Of a stretch of 64,000 nucleotides of DNA, positions 32,434-45,414 are shown piece after piece (the first letter of the stretch is position 1; every line of letters begins with the position of its first letter). The stretch comes from Klebsormidium nitens (Eukaryota > Plantae > Klebsormidiophyceae): NCBI GenBank assembly GCA_000708835.1, contig DF237093.1, positions 34,973 to 98,972 of the forward strand, read 5' to 3'. The position numbers and the translations under genes are program-made. The notes beneath the pieces were generated by a model. The model was not told where the DNA came from. It ran no database searches and saw only the letters and a list, made by a program, of their open reading frames with translations.

Positions 32434-34764
32434 TCATATAAGCAGGTTTCTATGTGCTTTCTCTAGGTTTACAGCGAGCACCGACCCTGTAGTACCAAAG
32501 TTTTCGATGAACTCAAAGCCCAGAAACGACAAGTGTTTGAAGAAATATCTCTCAACTTGCGTCTGGGTCACTGACAACAAAACACAATTTACACCCGCCG
32601 GCTTCAGAATCTTTAAGTAGATATAAGCGAACAAAGGGATCGTCACAGCCCCGTTCCGGTATTGAGGGAACGTATACAAGTAGCTGAGCTCCGCTACGTG
32701 CGTGCTGATGCTCCGCCCCTCGAGCCATTCTGTCACGGCTGGCCGCCGCTCACAGTCAAATGGCCGTTCCATGACCACGCGTATCGTCCCCAGCGGCTGC
32801 GAGAGTTCTACCCGCTCTTTCTCGTCCTTAGCCAGATACGCAATGACCTTCTTCGTTGACGACCTGGCATCCAGGGTATCCGAGACGGTTCTTTGATCGA
32901 GCTGCGATCGCAGGATCGTCAGGTGCTTATTCTCAGGGCCCACCTCTTTGAAAGCCAGGTCCTTCTCGCACGACTTCTTATTGCTCAAAAAGTCCGCCAG
33001 CATTTGTCGTGCAAAACCGATCCCGTCCCCAAACGCTGTATATTTACTCGCACTGCCAGTTCCCGCCTCTTCCCATCCGATTGTCCTCGTCTTCGACTCC
33101 TTCAGCCACTTCCCCTTTCTCGCACTGCCTGCTTGTTCTCCTTGCTGCATTGGCGCCCCTCTCACTTCAAACAACAGCAGCCCCGCACCTCTTCGCACCC
33201 CCCTAGGCTCGAACCCCGTTGTCCCCCGCCCCGACGGACTTTGGCCAGAGGTTCCTGGCGCGCTCTGCATCCAAGTGTGGCCAACGCGAGCCTTCTTCGC
33301 CGGCCCCGCCAGTTCTTCCCGTGTCCTCCTTTTCGCGCCGCTCCTAGTTGCCTCCCCCTCCGTCAGGTCCACCACACTGGCCCACTCGGAGCCTCTCCCC
33401 ACCACCGATGCTGCAAAGCCCCCCCGCCCGAACAAGGCGGAACCCCCCCCTCCGGCACCCATCACTTTGTCAGGCAACACCAGTCCCAGCTCTCCGGCCC
33501 TCTCCGCAATCGTCTTAACTTTCGGCACTCGCTTGCCCTTCTTCCCTCCGTCCTCATCATGACGACCGGCGCCCAGCTTCACTCCCCGTAGCGCGGCAAT
33601 CTGTGCAATTGTCAGCTCCTTGGGCTTCCCTTCGCCCGGATAGTTGGGCTCCACCGTGACGCCCAGCTGAGCGGCCGTCTCCGCGATCGTGAGATCGCCC
33701 TTTCTGCAGTACCTGCTTTTGCCGGCGGCCCCACCAGAAGTTGCCCCATCACTTGGGTCCAATCGGCCCGTACTCACGGCAGTAGCTGCGCCCCCCCATA
33801 CGGCGCCTGCCGTTTGCTCCGCACGGGTTTGCCTCTGACCAATACGCCCCCCCTTCCGACCTCTTTCCCCGCCGCTTTGATCTCCAACGGCCTGACTGCG
33901 TCTGGGAATGATTGGAACCTCGTCCACATTGACACCAACCAGAGGGATCCAGGGTGCAACGCCCCCAGGCACCACTCCAGTGTCAATGTCCAGTCGCTGG
34001 TGAAAGGAGGCATGGCATCCGCAGGCCTCGCACCTCTGGGGATTCTTGGGCTTAGGCGAGAACGCCTGTGAACAGCGGAGCCAAGGGGGAACTGCGTCAA
34101 CTGCTTGCAACTGACGATTGGACGTTAAATCCAGCATGGTTGAATTGAACCAGACAAGAGCCCCGCATCATGCAACAGCACATGGTGCTTCAGAGCAGCG
34201 ATTCCTAAGATGCTACTTGCCAAAAGCGCAAAGAAGAATGCAAGTCAGAAGCTAAGACTGAAACGCATTTGGAAGTGACCTGATAGCCCCATGCATTCGA
34301 TGATGTTTGGCACCAGAATAATGCAGCGTACCTGACACCCATCATAAACAGTGACGCCCCTGCAAGAGAAACAAGCTGTGAAGTCAAGACTTTGCTTACA
34401 GAAGTTGTCCAAACAGTTGTTGTGCACAAGCACTCTAGGAGCCCACCAAAGTTCAGCATCAAGGGCAAACTGCATCTTTAAAATATTGAAACAAGGCTGT
34501 ATGGTAAGCAGCAGCTTTCTTGAACCTACTCAACTAACAGCATCACATTGAACTCATTGGGCTGGTCCAGTGACGGCACACAGTGTTTGGTGCCATTGCC
34601 CTATCTGATTGCAGCAAGCAGAATAGCCAATCATCGTTCAGAATGGGCCTCTAGATAAACATTGAGAAACACACCAAAACGAGATAGCCAAAAAAAATGA
34701 TGCACGGATATTAGACTTACTTGCTGGCGCCTTTGTTGCGCAGACACTTCCCAAGCTGCGCCAT
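32434..34764 (-). CDS. ZF-HD-type zinc finger / GNAT-like acyltransferase fusion, copy 2; exons 34764-34721, 34359-34332, 34065-32434
   Basis: Spliced N-terminus MAQLGKCLRNKGASKGVTVYDGCQAFSPKPKNPQRCEACGCHASFHQR. Exon sizes (44 and 28 nt) and phases are identical to copy 1. C-terminal domain is collinear with copy 1 (FGDGI.FAR..LAD, EKDLAF.EV, GT.RVV..RPF.CE, YRNG, ILKPA, VERY..KH..FLGFEFIE, LEKA). Confidence 0.85.
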
Positions 34765-35056
34765 TTGTGCCAAAGCCTTGAGATCTCAACTGATCAGAGA
34801 CAACCAGGGACTTCCACCAGTCTTCTGCATGCAATGAGTGAATGCGAAGGACGAACCCACATAAAAGAGGAAACTAACGATCACACCAGGAAGTGCTGAT
34901 TGCAGTATGATAAAATGGTGGCCTGCTGTCGAGTTTGCCCTTCCAACTCAAACTCTAAGAGTTGAAGGTTAGGGTCTCTTGTCAGAGCTGCACTTTCAGG
35001 GCGCCATTTTGAATCTCCGAGCTGCTTAAAACAGACGAAGCAAAGTTGGCAAAAGC

Positions 35057-35065
35057 AAACCCTAA
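35057..35065 (-). promoter_or_regulatory. Telo-box (AAACCCTAA) upstream of fusion gene copy 2, in the region shared with MO25
   Basis: Reads TTAGGGTTT on the coding strand of copy 2, ~290 nt upstream of its ATG. Confidence 0.4.
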
Positions 35066-35566
35066 TTGTAGGTATAGTTTTAAAAATCTGCCGATCAGAG
35101 CAAATCAGTTTTGGTTGCACGGCTCAAACGCGGTAACTCCATCGACAGATATAATACAAGCATGAGGAAAGGGGGAGTAATCTTGTCGGCGAAGAACCAC
35201 CACCCCCCCTCGTAATGCCGATATTAAGGACAGCGCTCGCTCGCTTATGTAAACAACATTGTTCTCTTTTGTCTTCGAAATCCCGGGCAAGTGTACAACT
35301 TGGAGGTTGTGAGTCTATCAGAGCTGGTACTGTACATCTGGTCCTTGGCGCAAATCCTGCATGTTCAGCTTGGGAGGCTTTCACAGATGCTCTTCATTCT
35401 ATCGTGATCAGCATGGGACTGCATTGGTGGCAGACTGCTTAGCACCAGCAGCAAACAGGCTGGCTCTCTGCATTCGCCTTTGGCACATCTGTGGCCTCTG
35501 TTGTTTTGTGGACCTGCAGCCGCAGAATTAGACGAGCAAGGTGAGGAGTAATTGTCATCTGACACC

Positions 35567-38500
35567 ATGCTGAGATCTTCGAGCAAGCACTCGGGGTTTA
35601 CCGCTAAACTCTTCAAGTCCAAGGTAAAAACCCCCGAGGACCTGGTACATGCAACCAGCCATGGTCTGGCGCAGCTGCAAGCAAGGGGGGCCGACCCCAA
35701 GGTGAGGCAGCACGCGCCAGCATGGCCAGAAGCGGTGTCTTGTGCAGCCTTGAGAGCACATAAAGGAGCCAGCATTGTGTCTTCTACTTTCATGTGTGCA
35801 AAAGCTGAGGGTTTTGCAAATCAAGAGATGTTAGAATTTGAGATCAAGAGTTGATCAACTCAACCTTGAAATTGGAAAGCTGCCCAATCTATCCTCAAAC
35901 CACGTAAATCATCTGTCGCTTGGATGCGAGCATGTCGAATCCGTTGACCGTTTGCTGATATGGACAAATTCCTGGAAAGGTACCTCCATCTAGATCTCAC
36001 CAGAAACCGCCTAAGGACTCAACAAGGCCTTTGCCATGCCAATCAAACAACAACTTCATATCCTCTCATTGCGTCAAGCTCGTTCCTTGATCAGGGGCCG
36101 TATGATCCGCAGCTGCCTGCCAATCCTCGCATGACATTGAATGCATCTTGGCCCTGCCCCCTGGCACCTCTCCTGCTAATGATTGTCTGAAATGATCATT
36201 ATAAGCTCAAGTTACAATAAGAACGAAGTCACACTAGAAACCTAAAGTTTATCCGCACCCGCCTACCCTGAACCCCCTTACTAACCACCCGTCCCAATGT
36301 TTTCAGTTCAGCTTGTTACGATTGATCTGAAGACCAATTTGGTGCCAGGTGCTGGAGGAGCTGGAGGAACACCTGGAGCGTATGAAGGTGATCCTGTATG
36401 GAGAGGGAGAAGCTGAACCCGACGTGGCGGCCAGCGGGGCCCTCACAGTTGCTGCTACCCAGGAGGACTTCCTTCGGCTCCTCCTCAGCAGCTTTCCGCA
36501 CTTCAGCTTCGAGGTAGACGGTCGTTCCGCGGCCAGCTAGCACAACGGATGCAAGATATTCTTCAGCTTTAAGTTGACAATCCAAAAGCCTGTCTGTTCG
36601 ATGGTATGGGATTTATGGCATATGCGTGCCCGGATGCAATTTGCCTCTGCTTTGGTAAAAGTTGTGCAATCGCGAACATTCTCAGGCAAGAATCTCAGAA
36701 TGACAGAGGATGGTTGATGCAAACACTAGAAATGGTCGCCGTGTGTTGCAGGGTCGCAAGGATGTGGGCATGATTGTGACCAACCTGTTACGGCAGCAGG
36801 TGGGCCAGAACCGCTTCCTTGTTGCGGAGTATCTGGAGGGAAACCGCGACCTCATCGACCTGGTCATTGTTGGGTAAGCACGCCCTCCTCAATCAATTGC
36901 CCTTCCCCGTCCTGCCCCTCTACTCGATGCAACACCAGTTGCTGGGCTCTGTAACATTCACTGATGTTGATGTGCTATTCCGCTGTGCTCAATACTACTA
37001 GCCTGCAGGTGTTCTTCGTCGACCATTGACGTTGCCCTCACTTGGGGCTCAATCATACGTGAGATTGCGCGCCACCAAAGCCTGGCTCGGTGAGCGCACG
37101 CGTGCCTGCCCCTATGCACCTGCCCCCCTTTTTGCCTCTGTTAGCCTCGTTTGCTGTTGCCTGGCTCCTAGATGCTTTCCTGCGCTCCCCGGCAAGTTCT
37201 ACGAATGAGGTGTCCAAGTCTACTGAACAAGAGAATGTATGAATGACGATTCGCTATTGTCACAGATTTAAAAAGTTCCACGCTGTGCCCCGATCTTTAT
37301 TCCGTGCTCTGCCAACTGAGCCCGTGTACTACTTGTGGCAGATACATCCTGGCTTCCCCGGCTTTTTTCCAGCTCTTCACGTACATCGAGCTGCCTGCCT
37401 TTGAAATCGCCTCCGATGCCTTTGCCACCCTCAAGGTAAGCGCACTCTGCAGAGACGGATGCCCCCATCCGATCGGATTCCTTCAGTCTCACAGCTTCGA
37501 AAGACGTCAATGCTGTGCAAAACTGTTGATATTCCACAACACGAAACCATAAGCCTGGCATGTCATGGCGAACAATTCATCAGCTCCTTTGCCCTCCCGT
37601 CCAGCCGGTTCTTAGGTTGCGTCGACCGACACGTGGTTTTGAGACTTCTGCCCGTACTGCTGCTATGCTGCCAGAACACCGTGGGAAGAACCTGGAAGCA
37701 AGAATCCCCTCTTTTGCTCCCATTGCCTGCTGGTCTCTGAAGAGATTTCTGCTTGGACCGATTGTGATTGTGATTGTGATTGCTGTGCGGTTGCAGGAGC
37801 TCCTCACGCGGCACAGGTCACTGGTGGTCGACTTTCTCGCTGCCAATTACGCTGTGGCAAGTCCCCCCATCTTACCTTTGCACCCTTCCCGTAGCTCCTC
37901 TTGAACAGATCAAAGCGCCACGAGTCAAAAGCATTCGGACTGCATTGCTTGATCCTCTGTAAGTCTCCTTGTTGGTTGTTTTGAGCGGCTTGGAAGGCGC
38001 TGCACTGCGCCCTTGCGGCAGCCTGCGGTCCTCACTGGCGGCGGCCCTGCTGTGCGCCCCGCAGTTCTGGGAGCACTACGACAGCCTCCTGGCCTCTCCC
38101 AACTACCTCACGCGCCGCCAATCCGTCAAGGTCAGCATGCACACCTCCGCATTTCTTGGCAGCACTGGTTCGGCGAGGCAAGTCAGGAGCAGCTGTCTAC
38201 TGCGGAAGTCCTCACTAAATCGTCACTTCCTGGAAACAATCACCTTGTGGCGAGTCGGATCGCTGGGGCCCCGTTCCAAGTCTGCAGGGCTTACACCCCA
38301 ACGCCCGTCGTACATTTTGTCGTTGTAAAGATCGTCGAGTCCTTCTACGGTTTTTCGAAAACGCGGTGGTGTGTACGAGTCCCTTGAGAACGAAAGCTCT
38401 GATGCGCATCAAAAGATTGCGAGGGGTGCCCTCGCAAGGTCGGCATATGCAGGTTTTCGTTGTCACGTGGCTGTCGCGCACAAGTCGTCGTCAGGCCTCG

Positions 38501-40315
38501 TCTTTGCTCATCTCTCTCGGCTTTGGGTGCAGCTGCTGGGCGAGCTGCTGGCCGACAAGGCCCTCATGCCAGTACTGCAGCCCTACTTGGACGACCCCGC
38601 CAACCTCAAGCTTGTCATGACCCTACTCAAGGTCAGGCTATTCAGATTCCACCCCATGCACGTGCCGTGTACTCTACGAGACTCCTGATGTTCATCGATT
38701 GAATTGGATAGGTGATAAGCTGTCTGCTTACAGACAAGGTGACGAGGCCGCCAATTCCCAACTGCATGCTAGTATCGAATCTCAGTTTCATCGTTGTGTT
38801 AATGTTGTTTGTCAGTATCATTTCATTGATCCAGATTTGACATAAGAGCGGGCGTATTGACTTTTTCTTCACTTCGTTGACCTTCGTGTGATGCTCGTTT
38901 CCGGGAGGATTTGATCAACAAAGTGCGAGGTCTTCAAGGATTGCGCAATGGCTGTTAAAAGCTACCGAGTTTTCTTGGCAGTTGCCGTACCAACGTTTTG
39001 AAGATGCACAAGGTTCAAACATGATGATGACGGCGCCTGTCTTGAAACGCTAAAATGTCGTATGTATGCAGGACCCCAACAAGTCCATTCAGCTGGAAGC
39101 TTTCCAGGTCTTTAAGGTGAGCCACTGCTCCTCGTCTCGCCCCGTCTGAGCCTTACTCGCATGGCACGAGATCTGCGATTGCTGCTCTTTCTACGGTGCC
39201 GCCCCTGTCCTTGGAGGTTCCACCTTGCAGAGGACAACTTTGACAAGCGCAACAGTGAAAGACCCGCTTTTTAACCTCCCTGCGTCCTTGGTGTATCCAG
39301 TATCCCGTTAAGGGTCCCTGTAGGATTCACGAAAGCGTTTGAAAGTTGCAGCTGATGCCAACACCGAGTTGAGCTGATGGCCGAGTCGTTAGTGCAGGTG
39401 TTCGTGGCCAACCCGGAAAAGGCGGCGGCTATCATGGACATCTTGGCATCCAACCAAGCGAAGCTGCTAAAGTTCCTCGAAACCCTCAAGCCTGACAAAG
39501 GTGAGGTCCCCACTGCAAGTTCGGCGATAGCAAGCCCTTATGCAGGGGTTTCAATGGTCAGCCCTACTACGAAAGTAAGTCGTTGGCTCCAACGCTGGTG
39601 GCTGTAGCATCTGAAAAAAGCGTCTGACCCTGTGCAGATGATCAGCAATTGACGGAGGACAAGAATCAGGTACGAAAAGAGATCGAAGCGCTGCAGCCAC
39701 GCACATCTCGAAGAGGGTCCCAAGAGAGTCTGGGTGGCAGCCGACGAGAGTCGATGGGTGACATGGCCCCGGGCAGCAGTAGGCGAGGCAGCTCAGAACA
39801 GGTAGTCTCAGAGGAGCAGCACGAAAGGCTAGCCTCAGAGCTGGATAGGGTACAGGTAAGAGAGGGATAGATTCTTGGAATATCCTGTTGCGCTGTAATA
39901 GCATGTACATGTTGTGATGCCATGCATGTACGTGCGTACCATGTTGTACCATCACCGACACTCCTCTCCCCCGGATCTAACGCGACTCCAAAATGTAATT
40001 TACGTGCGGCTAGAATCGTACAAAGGCCACCATACAATCTCAATACGATATCAAGGCTTTTGCTTCGCATGTATTGTGGCCCAATGATGTGGAAACCAAA
40101 TTGCAGAGCCACATGGAAAATATGGATGCAATTCAGTATGGAGTCAACATGTGGCTCAAGACAAAATCACAATGCCTATGCATGCGGCGTTAACAAATGT
40201 CTCTATGTCTATTTAACTGCCGACTATTGACCCTTGTTCGACTGCTTATACATGTAATAGTTTATGCCCATGCTGCATTGCTATGTCGCCCTCTGCACAG
40301 GCTCCGCACCCATGA
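35567..40315 (+). CDS. MO25: MO25/CAB39-like scaffold protein, multi-exon
   Basis: LFKSKVKTPEDLVH; LERMKVILYGEGEAEP; RKDVGMIVTNLLRQQV; WGSIIREIARHQSLARYIL; FEIASDAFATLKELLTRH; SPNYLTRRQSVKLLGELL; KSIQLEAFQVFKVFVANP; NQAKLLKFL. The last exon (APHP*) is tentative. Confidence 0.92.
37760..37782 (+). repeat. (GATTGT)n microsatellite in a MO25 intron near an acceptor
   Basis: gattgtgattgtgattgtgattg. Confidence 0.85.
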
Positions 40316-40649
40316 CCGGCTCGGGACCGGCCCATGGAAGAGGAATGAACATGCAAGTGACTCACGCGTGCATATGTACCACCTCTACTTATAGGCGACC
40401 TGTCAGTGTCATGAACGGACCCAATATCCGCGTAATTGGCGAGAGCGACTCGAAAGAAACTGGATCGAATCAGCGGAAGCTTGCATGAGCTAAGAGAGCG
40501 ATCCGTCGTACGAGTTCCGTTGACGGCTGGACGGAACAGCGGAAATTGAGAGAAAGGGCGAATTTTGCAAAACGATCAACCTGTTCTTCTTTGGCAAATT
40601 ACCTCTGCTGGGGAGCAGAGAAGGTCAGCCAACCAGCAAAGCCGTCAAA

Positions 40650-43600
40650 ATGCTGCCCCGCTCAATGCTGCTAACGGCAGCTCTGCTTTTGTTTCTCTAC
40701 TTTTCGCCACTTCTCCGAAGCGGGGTCACATGGATCACTTGGCAACTGGCAGCTGCAATTGGGGTGCGTTAGCCGCAATGCTTACAACATCAGAGAAGCA
40801 GCGCTTGTATGGTCTGCTTGGCAGAGCCGTAAGTCTGGACGGGCCAGAAAGTTGAAAGACAATCAGCGGACTTGCACATGTTGGTCATTAGAGCAGTTGA
40901 GTTGATGACCGCCACCTTGTGCTCAACCTACTTTTCCTGCTCCCAAACCTTGTTTCACCACCTTGTTGCAGGCGCTTTCTATCTTGACGTATGCGCTACC
41001 ATACCTGGTCGTCAGTATCTTGCCACCTCAGAATCTCAAGAAGAAATATGATGCGGATTGGGCGTTTGTCACCGGAAGCTCTTCGGGCATCGGCCGGTAA
41101 GAGATTATAGACTTTCTCATATCAGTGTGCCTTTGTTGCGAGGATTGTGGAGCTTACCAAGTTAAGTGTATGTTGCAGAGGACTGATGAAGGCATTTGAT
41201 TGAGTGGTGGTACAGGGGTTTTGGAGCTCCAGGTCTGGGTCCTGAGACAGTGGGCCAAGTGAAAGTAAGAAGTTGGTCAACTCTGATTCAATGAAAAGTC
41301 AAGTTGGCGACCTTCTTAAGCCAGGGTTGGCCTTGAGCATTTCAAGCACACAACAGCATGTTCAGTGGCCAGGTTGTGCTGAATAGGAGAGGGACAGATA
41401 AGTACACTTGGGTGAAGATCTTGTTTGCTTCACTCAAAGCCTGGATAAAGCAAATCATTCCAATGCAGTGGCTTCCCCTCCGGTTGCTGATCCTTGAACG
41501 CTCTTGAACAGGGCACTGGCGGAAAGGCTAGCGCTGCAAGGCGTAAACATCGTGCTGGTGGCACTGGACGATCAGCTGCTTAAAGACACCCACGCTGCTC
41601 TCACCAACCAGTTCCCACAGCTCAAGGTGACTGAACTATCTGAATTTTCAGGTGCATAACCCCAAGCTTCGATAAGGTCCCTTGCAGTCAACTTGAGTGG
41701 AAGACTAAAAAGTGCATCAGCATCAATCGGTCAGCTCTATATCTGTTCTTGTGCTGGAGATATGTGTTGCCTGATGAATTACCAGTACCTGTTCTTGACA
41801 ATGCAAGTCTCTGCTTTTGATTAAGGCCCTGTACTATCCTGCAGTTCCGAGCGGTTGGCGCTGACCTCAGCGTCTCTGATGGAAGTTACATGACGGCCAT
41901 TGCTCAAGGTACTCCTCAGTGCTCGTTTCGTTTGGAACAAGGCCTTTCCGGCAAACCTCGACCCTGAAGTCGGAATTGTGTTGTCGATCCCTTGCGCAAA
42001 GCCCCTTTGAAGGACTCTAAAGATTCGTCATCAGAAGTCGTCTGTTGAGACCACGTTATTTCCCTGATAGACATGAGTACAGTTGAACAAACCGTGTCGA
42101 TAATCTTCTTGGCACATACTCGAGGGAAGTGGTATTGCGACCCAGAGTCTTTCGCAAGGAGACTTGAGGCGGAAACTTTTGCGTGTCCATTTTTAAGACG
42201 ACTAAAGAAACATTGTTTTGGTTCTCCTTTGGCAGCCGTGTTCTTCGAAGCCTGGCTGTCTATTAGCGAAACAGATCAAACTTCATATTTCCTGGTGCTA
42301 CCCGCTGCCGACTAAGAACAGCATTCCTTCTCATTACAGCCACCAAAGACATCCACGTGTCCCTGGTCTTCAACAACGCTGGCTACATGGTCACGGGCTT
42401 CTTCCGTCAGGTCAGAGAAACCTTATTCTTTTCTGTGCTAGAGCACTAAGTTCGGGTTTGTCGCGCGTGATTCCAGACCTTTTGATCGATTGATAAACTT
42501 GAAGGATCTGTACGACTGTCGTAAAGTCAAGTTTATATCTAAAAAACTCCTACATTTTGCTCGTTTTTGCCTCAAGACGACCCACCAAGCGCTTCAGCCC
42601 TGTGCTCGTACAGACCACCTCGCGTTGAATCTTTTTGAGTCCTTCGACCTTCGCTTGAGAAAGGCTCGTTATAACAGATCCGTTCTCACGAGCGCCCCAC
42701 CAACCAGGAATCGACTCTGTTCCTCCTCTTCCTGCTTGGTTACTGGGTCTTGGTCTCTTCTAAATTTCAAGCGCGAGATTCCCGAACTGTTCTTCAAAGA
42801 CTATACTTCGAAAGGTGGAGTGGATTGTGCATCTGAAATGCAAATTTCCGAGACCGTCCTTTTGCAGGTCCCGCTGAACAAGCACCTCGCCAACATCGAG
42901 TGCAACACAGTCTCTGCCGTGCGCATAACACACCACTTCTTCCAACGCATGGTCGACTCGAAGGTGAGGCAGCAAAGGATGCACCAGAACTATCAATATT
43001 CCGATAACTTGTTCAATTCCGTACAACAACCGTACTCGGATCCTCCGTTCTTGCTCTCTCTTCCAGGTCTTCCGTCGCCCCTTCGCAATTGCGTCCCTTC
43101 AGAGTCGGGTGTGCAAGCGAACGAGTGGGGACTGCCTGCAGCTCTACCAATGTCCTTGCCACGAGCGGATGCAATCGATTGACGTCCAAAGCTCAGTTGT
43201 CCTCGTTACGTAGCCAGCAATGACGGTTCCTCTCTAGGACTGTGCAGGAACAAGGGGTACGACTGCTTCTCAAATGAAGCTCTTTTGCCGCATACTTTCA
43301 GACATCATTTCTGCATGACGGCTGGGGAAGAAGAAGTGAACTCTACTTGACAAGTTCAGCGGCGAATTACGGCTTCAGCCGCTTGTAGATTTGCTGACTC
43401 AAGCCGGACGATAAATCCTTGTACTCTCGGGCTGCAGCGGAAAGGTGCGATCGTGTTCACCTCTTCGGTAGCGGGATACATCCCGTCCCCATTCGCAACC
43501 GGGTATGGCGCCACGAAGGTAGGCTGTCGGCCCTTGCTCATGAGATGCGCCCATGTAAATGGGCGCTCGCATATTGTCGATTTGAAGCAGCCTCCGTACA

Positions 43601-45414
43601 TGTTATTGTCGAACCGTGGAAAGTCGAAGTTAGGCGGTGTCGTCAGAAGAGTGAAGGCCTTGTCTAGATCTTGCCGGAGATGTCCTGAGAAGAAGAACTT
43701 GCCGTTGTTGTACGAGACTTGATTGCACTCAAAAACTTTGACCGCTTTCACCACCAGAAAATTGATCGGAAGCAGCCAGCGGCAATTCTGACAAATTCAA
43801 TTGATCGTGCCTGCGAAGTCACAGACCGCAAAGGACAAACGCCTATTTCTTCCACATATTGTCAACCTGATCCTAGGCCGTAGACGAAAAAAAGAAAAAT
43901 GATTGTTCCATTCCTTCCGTTCTTCAGATATTGTGGGCCAGACTGATTTTGTGCCGCCTTCATTTCGACCAAGTCGAAGAGATACTCTTTCCGCAGTGCC
44001 CGACGGTTATAGAGGATGCTTTGGCCAATTACCTGACGTGTTTATTCTGACTTGAAACCATCTTGATACCCTTTTCTCATAGCCGAGAATTGACCCTAAC
44101 CCTTCGTTTGCAGGCGTTCCTTTCGTCCTTTGCCGCATCCCTCGCGGTCGAGGCCCGGCATTACGGGGTGGACATCTGCGCGGTGCACCCGTCCCCAGTC
44201 AACAGCCGTTTCCTCGACAAAGCGGACAAGCTAGACAGGTGCGCCCTCACTTTCTGTTCTCGCTCCTACGTTGAGTTTTCACGTGAAGGAAGTGCCGTGT
44301 TGCAGCCGCAGGGTTGAAAAAGGTTGTTGCGGCAGATCCGGAGAATAAAGGCCGAAGCACGGAGGATGATAGCGGAGGATGATAGCACAAGCCTAAGGCA
44401 GCACCATATGACTTTTCCACCTGTCAATCTTTGACCAAAGTCTTTGGCCGGGCTTAGTCACGCACCTGTCTCATAAGCAGAGATGCTTCCTGTGACCACC
44501 GTTTCCTCGTCCGCTGATCATCTTCCATTGTGCCGAGATGCCCGTTTTGAATCCCTTTTGGAATACTATTTGCAGCCTAGAGTTTACGTCCCAATTCGCG
44601 TACCGTCCGGAGGACCTCCCGGACGACATCTTCCGGACAGTCGGACGGGCCGTCTGGCGGGACCTCGGCGGGTTTGCGCTCGTCGCCCGGGGGGTGACTA
44701 AACTGGTGAGCGAGCGGACGTTATGAAGCCCTTGAAACGGCGATTGGTCTTTCCGAAAGGTGCAGGCGCGTGTCGGCGTAGGAACTTTAGAATAGTGGTT
44801 TTACCTGTTCTTAGCCTTTCTTGAAGAGACTGCCTGATGTAGCGGTTTGCTGACCGACCGTCCGGGTGAGGCGTTAAAGGAAGGAGCCTTCAGATACTGG
44901 CGGCAAAAGAGTTTCATGAAACGCCTTGACATGAGACGTTCTGCTTTTACATATAAAGTCCTGTTCCGGATTCAATATCAGAGGTGCGTTGCGAAAAGCG
45001 GGTCCAAAAACTTGTCAATTCCATATCACAGCCTTGCTGTCCTTCTGCGGCACCTTCGATTTAAGCATGCATTTGCATTACTTCAGGTACGTCTGCTATC
45101 TGCAAAGGCATCAACTCTGAGCTCTTTTGTTCCGAACCTAATTTGGCGCCCGAGCATTGATTGACCGCTTGTTTCCATCCGCTGGGTTGACATCAACTTG
45201 AAGAGCGGTCTTTAATACAAGCGTCATTATTATGCTTCCTGGTTTTAAAACTCATCTCTGACCTTGTTCTTAGGGACGCTTCACTGACACGTACTTCATC
45301 TTTGCTTTTTGATTCCAGATTGACTACAACGCTCTTGCAACCATTTTCTCTTTGACTGCCCACAACATGAAGGATTGGAAGATGGCAACTCAGCGAAGTG
45401 GCCCGAAAAGTTGA
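40650..45414 (+). CDS. Short-chain dehydrogenase/reductase, 3-ketoacyl-CoA reductase / 17-beta-HSD-like, with N-terminal membrane anchor
   Basis: MLPRSMLLTAALLLFLYF...AAAIG|ALSILTYALPYLVV...QNLKKKYDADWAFVTGSSSGIGR; LVFNNAG; GAIVFTSSVAG; catalytic YGATK; DICAVHPSPV; ends ...SGPKS*. Confidence 0.9.

Noticed and set aside
34066-34137. N-terminal MLDLTSNRQLQAVDAVPPWLRCSQ of the 567-aa ORF
   Set aside because: It is read-through of intron sequence; the acceptor at 34066 matches copy 1 exactly.
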